Source: Glycera tridactyla (taxonomy: Eukaryota). From it: a DNA stretch of 64,000 bases. Below are positions 35,168 to 43,859 of the stretch, piece after piece; position 1 is the first letter of the stretch; each line of letters starts with the position of its first letter. The notes under the pieces were generated by a model that was given only the letters and a program-made list of their open reading frames with translations, was not told where the DNA came from and did no database searches. The translations under genes were made by a program, and so were the position numbers. The stretch is taken from assembly GCA_965644265.1 (NCBI GenBank), contig OZ286459.1:52080001-52144000 (forward strand), written 5' to 3'.

Positions 35168-35512
35168 TCATTTTCGTGGCCGTTTTTTACGTTTGCGATT
35201 CTTCTTAGCAAATGCACCTGCGATGGCTTTTATGGCTAGAGGGGCTAATGCTCCCACGATTGCACCGATGAATCCACCACTCTGTAATCGAGCCTGTTTC
35301 TCTCTCAAGTTACGTGGGCACTTTCTCGTCTGCTTGAAATATTTCTTCAGTCTATTCCGATTGCGAGATATATCACCTTTGAAAATTTTTTCTGCACAGT
35401 TCCAAATAAAATTGATGAATTTATCGTCTGTTTCATTGACAAACTCCTTCATTCGTTTCGGTGAAGATTTTGATAGGGCGTGAATGACGCGGGCATTGGT
35501 GTTGAGTGACAT
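35168..35512 (-). CDS. pX/protein-VI-like virion protein with protease site and amphipathic helix
   Basis: 114 aa: LQSGG followed by FIGAIVGALAPLAIKAIAGAF and a basic tail KKNRKRKKRPRK. Confidence 0.8.
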   Translation of the reverse strand: MSLNTNARVIHALSKSSPKRMKEFVNETDDKFINFIWNCAEKIFKGDISRNRNRLKKYFKQTRKCPRNLREKQARLQSGGFIGAIVGALAPLAIKAIAGAFAKKNRKRKKRPRK

Positions 35513-36127
35513 TTACACTTTGTTGATGTCTTCAGGCCAAATGATGGGCACAAAGACGACTCGATTTTTCAGAGTGTCATTGACTGCTTGAATGATCGGG
35601 GGGATTTTCAGGCGTCGGGTATATTGGCGCTGAGCTCTCAGTTTGGCGGTGGTTGCAGCAGTAGCAGTAGCACTAGTTACTCCCGACGAAGTTGTTATAG
35701 CTGTAATTTCTGATGAAGAGGATTCCGCTGTTGCGTTGCTACTCTTTCTAGCTTCTGAAGATGTGCTTGGTTTAGGTGAAGCAGTTTTCCTCATCTTCTT
35801 TGCTGGAGGTTTTATGATTTCTTCTACTTCTTCTTCCGGCGGGGAGCTATCGCTATCGCTCAGTTCTTTCATTTCCACCACGTCTTCTTCCTCCTCTTCT
35901 TCACTGCTGGAGTGAGAACGTTTCTTGATGTTCTTGCGTTCTTTAAGGTATTTCCTATGGCAAGCATTACACCTACGCGAGTTCAGTGTATAGTACTTGC
36001 TCGGCATCAGTCTTTTACATCGAATGCATTCTTGACCTTTAGCTTGGCACTTGGTACAATAAGCCTTTCCCGACACTAGTGGGTAGTTGGGGTCGGCACA
36101 CCAGATGCAACAATAGGGTGGACTCAT
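35513..36127 (-). CDS. Zn-finger (4 x CxxC) protein with acidic tract and NLS; putative regulator
   Basis: CIWC, CTKC, CIRC, CNAC, then EEEEEED, PPAKKMRK and a Ser/Thr-rich region. ATGA overlap with dNK. Confidence 0.75.
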   Translation of the reverse strand: MSPPYCCIWCADPNYPLVSGKAYCTKCQAKGQECIRCKRLMPSKYYTLNSRRCNACHRKYLKERKNIKKRSHSSSEEEEEEDVVEMKELSDSDSSPPEEEVEEIIKPPAKKMRKTASPKPSTSSEARKSSNATAESSSSEITAITTSSGVTSATATAATTAKLRAQRQYTRRLKIPPIIQAVNDTLKNRVVFVPIIWPEDINKV

Positions 36128-36753
36128 TTTCGGGTGATGAACTGCACGACGTTCTCCAAAAGTTCTTCAAGATCTTGAAAATGATCCGATAGTTTCACAG
36201 GTGTCTCGACAGCGTCCAAGTATTCCCTGTAAGAAGTAGAAAGATTTTCAAGATATTGTCTCTTCACAAATTCTACTTCACCGGCTCGATCACGATGTTC
36301 AATGCGTTTTAGGCAAGTGTCGATGTCGGTAGACAGGTAATATATGCCATCCACATCCAAGTCGAGATTTGCGAAACACTCTTGCAATACGTCCAACAGT
36401 AAATCGCGGGCAAAAGTCGACAAATACCCTTGGCAATATAGGGTGTTGGTGAAAATAATAGGAGAAGTGTGAAACCGCTCGGTCACAATTGTCTGTTCGC
36501 TGCTCCAGAGTTCAGCTTGCACATGATAGTATTGAGCTAGAGTTCTACAAATATGCAACTGGGAACAAACAGCATACTTCTTCGGGTTTTCTTGCAGAAG
36601 GGAGAATACTTGGTGATCGCGGAAATGTTGAAAAAGGTGTGCCGGCTCTGTAATAAACCTGTACTGAGGATCGTGCTTAAGAGCGTTTTTCAAACGTGCC
36701 AGAAGGTAACTTTCGCCGGCTCCAATCAATCCTTCTATGACGTACACCTTCAT
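36124..36753 (-). CDS. Deoxynucleoside kinase (dNK family); P-loop Lys replaced by Glu
   Basis: VIEGLIGAGESY (canonical IEGxIGAGKST), TERF, YLSTDIDTCLKRIEHRDRAGE (lid) and YLENL. Confidence 0.88.
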   Translation of the reverse strand: MKVYVIEGLIGAGESYLLARLKNALKHDPQYRFITEPAHLFQHFRDHQVFSLLQENPKKYAVCSQLHICRTLAQYYHVQAELWSSEQTIVTERFHTSPIIFTNTLYCQGYLSTFARDLLLDVLQECFANLDLDVDGIYYLSTDIDTCLKRIEHRDRAGEVEFVKRQYLENLSTSYREYLDAVETPVKLSDHFQDLEELLENVVQFITRK

Positions 36754-36756
36754 TTA

Positions 36757-37174
36757 TCAGTCCAACGATCCGAATCCATCACAACCTCTTTCGCTTTTAT
36801 TCAATGACCTTTTCAATGAAAAATGAACTTTTTTCTGATAGGGTTTGATGATTAGTTGCGCAAATTTCCTACCAGCACTGACAGTAGTAATTGCCGTTGA
36901 AGACAGGTTATGTAGAATAATGCATATCTCACCTCGATAATCGGAATCTATGATTCCGCCAACAACGACCAACTGTTGCAATGCAAAACTCGATTTCAAG
37001 TTTACCATAAAATCCTTCGGAAATAGCAAGAGCAACACCAGTTCTCAAACAACGAGTTTTGTTCAGCTTTAGACTTGTGGTCTCTATACAATAAAAATCA
37101 AATCCCGCCAAATTTTCAGTCACTCGAGTTGGCACTTTAGCCTTTGGATGATTAAGTACAATGTCCACCTCCAT
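36757..37174 (-). pseudogene. dut: Trimeric dUTPase, frameshifted in motif II
   Basis: AGFDF (motif I), TGVALAISEGFYGKL, GIIDSDYRGEI (III), FAQLII (IV) and RGCDGFGS (V), split between ORFs 36929..37174 and 36757..37038 at ~36995. Confidence 0.93.
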
Positions 37175-37467
37175 TAATCGCTTTTGCTAGTGTCGGAGCT
37201 GAGGCTTGAAGCAGACGAGAAGAGTGCGGCATCGTCTTTCTTCGATTTTTTGACAGTGGATTTGGTTTTCTTGGCTTTCTTCATGAGGCGTTTACTTTGC
37301 TTCAGTACCTTGGGCATCTTCTCTTTCAATTTCAAAAGTTCCTTGTGGCTGAGCGAAATAGACTTGTTCCTAATGCTGTCTCCGAAATGGTACCATACTT
37401 GATTTCGCCACAAGGCTTGCGTCATGGTCCTATTACGCCCAAGTTTCAGCGTGTATTGGTTGGCCAT
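37174..37467 (-). CDS. PC4/Sub1-like ssDNA-binding protein
   Basis: LGRNRTMTQALWRNQVWYHF...KSISLSHKELLKLKEKM aligns by eye with the PC4 core (IGKMRYVSV...KGISL..EQW..LKE). Likely ATG 37467. Confidence 0.65.
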   Translation of the reverse strand: MANQYTLKLGRNRTMTQALWRNQVWYHFGDSIRNKSISLSHKELLKLKEKMPKVLKQSKRLMKKAKKTKSTVKKSKKDDAALFSSASSLSSDTSKSD

Positions 37468-40400
37468 GGTGTGTCCTTGTGCCAATACGGAAGCGTTGTT
37501 ACACCATCACCTAGTATGAAACGTTTATCATCATGCGGGTTGAGACATGTTTTACATGAGTAGACGGTGTAGACTTTGTGACCGTAGCTGCGAATACTAT
37601 GTATCCCGTGGGATAAATAGCGTTTGTTCACCAGACATCACCTATACCGTGCATGAGTAGTGAATGCCAGTGCATGTTTTTTAACACCTTTAGCATGTTT
37701 TTTAGCAGTTTGAGCATATTTGACTGAATACACTTTCGATTTCAATCCTACAAATTCCTCAGGAATTTTAGGGGGTGAAAACTCGTCTTGAAACAAACCA
37801 GGAACTTTAGCATTAACACCACAATAAAGTGGGTGGTCTTTGGGGAAATTTGATGTATCTAAATGAGACCAGAGATCTTTGAGATCTTTGTACATATCAG
37901 GTGTTTCAACATGATAGAGAAATGAATCAGTATCGGTGAAACAAAGTGAAACTTTGGACCCAAATTTTGGTAGTACAACTTCGTAATGAAATTTGTACAT
38001 GTGAAGTTTAGAGAGTTCTAAAATACTATAGCCTATTGCCACTGGACGATTCAACACGAGATTTTTCTGAGCAAGATGGACACCGACTAAATTCTGATTG
38101 AATACCCGAACCCTCTTCAATTCGGGTTGTCGAACTAGTTTATCAAATACTTCCGCATGACACACCAATTTGATCTTCTGCTGCTTTTTCACATTCTCGA
38201 TGAATTTTCCAAAAGTAGCATTAGTAGCAAGCTTATAATAATTTTTCTCAAACATATTTGTAGCAGCACTCCGTAGCAAAGCATTGAAATCAACAAAATC
38301 TTTCAAAAATCGACTCTGTTTCAACTTCAAAACCTTGTTGATTTTCGAGTCCCATCTTCAAATAAAATTGAAGATTGAGATAGTGTACTACATAATTCTT
38401 TTTGTCCATCACATTTGGAATCAATTTAGCCAATTTGCTGTTGCCCATTTTCAAACTCCTCGCCATTTTGAGACTGCAAGACGATTTCATATCTTTACGC
38501 ACTACAATTTTTTCGGGAGCTAGCGGATATCGAGCATGAGCATCGTGCAGATGAGTTGGATAGTGAAGGTCCACGTCGAGTATGAAACCAACTCTATCAT
38601 TTTCACTCAATATTTCAACATCGAACTCCCGAATTTCATCAGAGGATAACCAAGAAAAACCGCCGACGGGCATCGGATAGTGTGCCATGGTGTATGAATA
38701 CAACCCATTCGCATCAACAAACCACAGGTACGATTCTGGTAAATTTGGATCGAAAGTTTCTGGCAAATATCTGTTATTAGCGGTCGCCAGCCTTTTCGAA
38801 ACTACGCTGATTCCACCTCGAATGCCAGATTCTATCATGTGATATTGTTCCATGTCACTCAAACATTCTATTGCCACACCGGTGGATTTCAAACATGCGT
38901 CTAACGCCAAACCAGGAGTGCTCAGATATTTAGCCGGATCTAAACTGTACGCCTCCATGCTAACATGCCGATGATTTTCAAAAACGTCGGCTAGTAATGC
39001 CACATCGGATTTGAGATAAACATCATGAAAGTCACCTAACGTCTTACAATCAAAATGCCGGTAGATGTCCCAAGCATATGCATAATCTGCATCAGAAATG
39101 TGTTGACCAGTGAGAAGATTATATAAATCTTCTTTGGGTGGCAAACCTACTTCATCGAATTGTGAATGATGTTTGATGTAGTTATATGGATATATTCCTT
39201 TGCGTAAAACATGTTCTAGATTATTTGAACCTACCAAATTCCGAGTATGGACAAATTTGTCGACACCTCGAGTGAGCAAATTTTTCACGTGGGTGTCCAA
39301 AGAGGCCGGCAGGAACTCGAAAGTGTCTTTGAACCAAAAGTCGTTCAACACAAAGCCCATGTATCTCTCCATGTTTTTGTGGATGATCCTACAAGACTTA
39401 CTACTGTACAGAGGTGTCTTATGTAAATAAGACAATAGGAAATGCGAATCATAATTAGTGAGTGCATGAAAAAAAACAGGGATTTTTCCATAGACACTCA
39501 CCACGTTCATGTTACAATGCATGCACGCAACACCGCGATAGTTACTTTCTAACGTGGGATCGCCAAAGTGCGCATGATCTCGACATTTCTGTGAAGGATG
39601 ATCAGGGATTTTCTTGCAATACTGGCAACGAGTTTCGAACTGGAAATTTGCTTCGTCTTCCTCTCTCATTTTTAATGGTTGTGCCAGGCGCCTTTTGATG
39701 AATCTGATTTCCATCCGTTCATGCACCAGACATTCAAAGAAATGTTTCATGACATTCTTTCCGCGATAGCATACCACGGCGGTGGTATAATTGCTGTCGG
39801 TGCACACACAAATTGTGGCAAACCCCGTTGGAATGTGTTGAGAATGTAGAATGGTTTTGGGGCCTTTAGACCGATTTATGACCTTATTTCGCGTCTCCAA
39901 GTCGGCATAGATGCAAAATTCGGCAGGAATGGTATTTCCAACATTCTCAAACTGTAGTCGATAGCCCGCATCGGGAATTCGGTATGAGGACTGGGGGTTT
40001 GAGCCTGTGTTAAAATTTTTGGCAATGTGGTTGAAGTAAATTTCCAGACCACGAAATTTGGAAAGACATTTTGAACAGACATATTGTTTATTGCCAGTCG
40101 TCTGTTCAACTAGCCGAGACAAATCTCTAATACAGAAATAATGATCATCATGCAATAGCAAATTGCATATGTGTGTCACCTGATTCTCATTTCCAGAATG
40201 ATAGATTTTTCGCATTTTATCTGTGTAATCGAACACATTAATGCTCAAGTGTGGGTTGTCTTTCTCAAAATCTGGTATCGATTCGATGGCAACAGGAAAA
40301 TGAAGATTGGACACGTCAAGTTTTTGAATGGTGGCTAAGTACTTGTGGTGTCGAGAAGGATGAGCAGCTCGACAGAAATTGTTTATAGCCGCGGCAATGC

Positions 40401-40913
40401 TATACAGGAAACAGCGTTCGTCTGTATTGTTGATACTCAAAATAGCCTGCCTTCTTTTCAAACTTGGTGGTAACAGCACACCAAAACACCCACCGGAAAG
40501 TGTTTTCACAACTCTAACAACAATCAATTGTATATTGATAATTTTATCGATCATCCATCCACTACCTTCACTCACATAACTATCGAGATGAAGTTGGATT
40601 TCTTCAAATGCATCATCGACCGACTGGTTGATAGTACGATTAGTACACACATAGCGCATACTACTCAAAAATTGAGCCATTTGTTTTATGAGCTGATCCG
40701 ACTCGATGTCGAGCCTTTTCATTCTGATGGTGCATCTTACCTGGAATTTAAATGTTGAAAGTATTTTGCGTTGAATATATGTGTCAGTCTTCAAGCTATT
40801 TTTGGACCAAACACCGAACTGGAGACATCCAAATCACGATGAATTTTAGCTTTTGGTTTGAAGTTGAAGACAGCATGTCTATCTTTCATACGTAATAGCC
40901 TATCAATCTTCAT
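37446..40913 (-). pseudogene. polB: Protein-primed family B DNA polymerase
   Basis: ExoI IYADLET, ExoII FHALTNYD, ExoIII YLKSDV; PolA DANGLY, PolB KLATNATFGK, PolC TDTDS; C-terminal DDKRFIL. Frameshift at ~38343, TGA at 37638-37640, and a probable further frameshift at ~40800-40835 after ATG 40913. Confidence 0.96.
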
Positions 40914-41828
40914 CTTGATCGAATGAACACGGGTTATGCAAAGCACTATATCTGTCAGTTAAAGAAGCTAAACGAACATAATAACAGTAAGGATGAGATA
41001 ACCTACACGGGGACAGGTTGACAAATTTCTCAAGTGCTCCGATTTCAGGCAGACAGGCTTGACATGGTTTGCAATAACAAAATGCCTGACATTTTGAAGT
41101 ACAATGTAAACAAAAATCTCTATACAAAGATGTGGATCTTAATTCACAACTGAAATATTTTGGCCTACCAAAATAATCTACCAAATGGTTCTCGCTCCAT
41201 TCATCTATGATGATTTGATATGGACAGGTTGAAATGACTGAATCCAATGATATGAAAGGTACTTTTTTCAAAACAGAAATAGGTGGATCCGAATGCCGAT
41301 CAATCTCGGTTTTCAATACTACCTTCAAGAAACGGTCCGTATCGTACTCATCCAAAGTGGTCAAAAATATTTCTAAAGCACAACTTTTCAGAGACGGTAC
41401 AGTTTTACTTGGAATAGTATTCAAGGAAATATGCTCAAACGCTTTTCTCCCTACAATTCTCAAAGCTTTGTGAAACTGTTGATCACTGAGGGTGTACAGT
41501 ATTTGAGGCCACTCGGGTTCGAATCCCCAGCTAAGTAATGTGTTGATATCTGAAAAACTGATGTAACAGTCCATTTGGCCCACCCACAAGCTCCACCACT
41601 GGAGAATATCGTAAATCTAAACTGATTTTTTTGAAGTAATTCATATGAAGCGAGTGAGTGTTTCATGCAATATGCTCTTAGTGGGTTCAAATAGATACGT
41701 GCGAAACAATTGAATAGTTTTTGTTCGTCATACTCTAACACGTGCTTCAACAGGTGAGGTAATCTAGTTCTAATACTATACTGATATGTGTGCTGTTCCA
41801 TCACAAATAGAATTTCATTTGGAAGCAT
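40903..41828 (-). pseudogene. Maverick accessory protein paralog B (BC-box-like plus Cys-rich), split by frameshift and TAG
   Basis: ORFs 41460..41849 and 40903..41589 joined near an A7 run (~41626-41632), with TAG at 41617-41619. It shares motifs with 28569..29480. Confidence 0.7.
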
Positions 41829-42312
41829 TACATATTTCTGAGATGCCAAAACTGTGTGATACTTTCGAATTAGGTCAGAAACCTCGAATAAGGTTGACCT
41901 ATTTCATCACTACAAACCCTCCCCTCCCTGATTCAGAAAAAGAACATTATGTGTTTCATCTAGAAGCATATAATGTCCCTACACAAAAGTTTATAGATGA
42001 GCAGGAGACGATGTGGCGATCTGAAACAGAACATACGAATCATATAACATACCACCCTACCACTAGAATTGAAAAACCAAAAACTAACTAACAGACTGAA
42101 ATTAAATTCAATAGTCTCTCAAAAATGGAACTACAGTCAGACCTGCCCCCTCCTCACAACAGGTGTATGTTAAATCGAACTCTGGTGGAATGGATACAAT
42201 ATGGATGCTCAAGAAAAGTTCTTACTTTGAGCAGGTTTGACTGTTATACTGAATTAGCTTATGCATCATTAATTGTTTCTGTCGATGATGTCAAATTGAA
42301 TATCACATAGTG

Positions 42313-42344
<32 letters not shown>

Positions 42345-43859
42345 CATATAAGACCAACATTCATATTTCCAATCAGCAACGACTAACAGATCAAATTAAT
42401 TGTTTTACACCAAATAGGGGTATGACATGTGAACACAACATCTACAAATCACTAGCAAACTTTAGAGTGAAAATTGAAGTCCATCAACCAATGATAATCT
42501 AAAATAACATTATAGTTTCACTTTTATTGCTAAAGTCAAAAAGAGGTAAATGACACCATCCATTTTAATTGAACTGATCTGAAATGAACTACAGTATCAG
42601 ATAATTACCTCGAGTAGACACCTTTCAAATGTTGCACTGTGAGAAAACCTAGGTATGATGATGATGCTTGTTCTAGATGGGGTAGTTTACAACAACCTAA
42701 AAGATTAAATGAAGACTGGTTAGTCGTATAAACCCCTCCCCAGAGTTGAGGGGAAGTGATATTGTTGACACTCTTTTGAGCTAACTGATTTGCTTATAAT
42801 AACAGAAGGGAGGAGGCAGTGGATTTCCAGTGTAGACAAGTTGATTTTGGAATTCATCAGTCTGAGGGGGGGCCAGTCGGTACTTTTTTTCGCAACCTGA
42901 CTCGAAGACAAATTCAAACAAACACACACTCAAAATAAACTCGTCTAGTATCCAAGCAGGAACAAACATACACAGAACAGGGTATACTGGTATCAAAGAG
43001 AGCACACATGCATAAAACTTAATCCAAAAAAACTAAATGAATAGCAAGCTGACAGACTCCATAGCATTTTTGGTTAAAGATCCTTGTTAGGACCTAATTG
43101 CTAGATGCCAGAATGTCAAAGTCATCCATTGTGATGAATACTGGTTTGCAGCTGGTATTCATGATGATGTTAAACAAAATTCACACACACACACCCCTGA
43201 ATTAACACATTCGACATTGAAACAAGCTCAGAAAGAGACATACAGGGGTACACAAGCATTTGCATGGGTCAAAAACATAATCCAAAAGCAAAGCGTATAC
43301 ACAAGATGAATAAATCATTTCTTAAAAGTCAAAATGTCTGAAGCCAGAATGGCTACCTCCAAAGTTAAAGACAGAACTCTCAAGATTATATGAAGTATTC
43401 TTATTTGATGATTATCTAATCTCAAATAATTAACTCTTGATAGACAACATTTCATGAGAGTAATTGTTATAACTTACTACTTAATTTAAAACTTGCAACA
43501 GCTATGACAACCAATACCATGCAAACAAAATACATCACACTAACATCAACACCAGTTGTAAAAGGATGATGTCACTCACCATCAAATACTAATAAGCAAA
43601 CGTGCAGAGAATCTTGCAGATTCAAACCGACCTCATACTACCAAGCTCTGAAATCATAAGACCCAACAAGCGACTACCTAAATTGTCAAAATAAAATCTT
43701 CCTGAAAAAGCATCATCGGCAATCGTCACCTTCAAAACAAAATGCAACACATGTGGATGCCGACCTTGATAATATCATAATGAAATGTCAAACCTCCCAC
43801 ATTAATTGATTTTTACTGAAAGACAATCAACTGGTATTAGCATTGAAAATAAATCTCAA

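Larger units (their letters stand above)
27717..42325 (-). mobile_element. Maverick/Polinton (adintovirus-like) endogenous element, disabled copy; exact ends uncertain
   Basis: Co-oriented pPolB, RVE integrase, A32 ATPase, adenain, DJR major capsid, penton and pVII/pX-like genes between 28079 and 41828. No long TIR was found, so the boundaries are taken from AG/CT dinucleotide runs and are tentative. Confidence 0.95.

Noticed and set aside
35513-41828. LxCxE Rb-binding or PxDLS CtBP-binding motifs in accessory proteins
   Set aside because: Searched by eye in the accessory ORFs. Only near-misses were found (LWCKN at ~28120, FSCEL), with no exact motif.
41786-42091. Plus-strand 101-aa ORF at the Maverick right end
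   Set aside because: It starts head-to-head with paralog B with no room for a promoter, has no motif, and is opposite to all other element genes.
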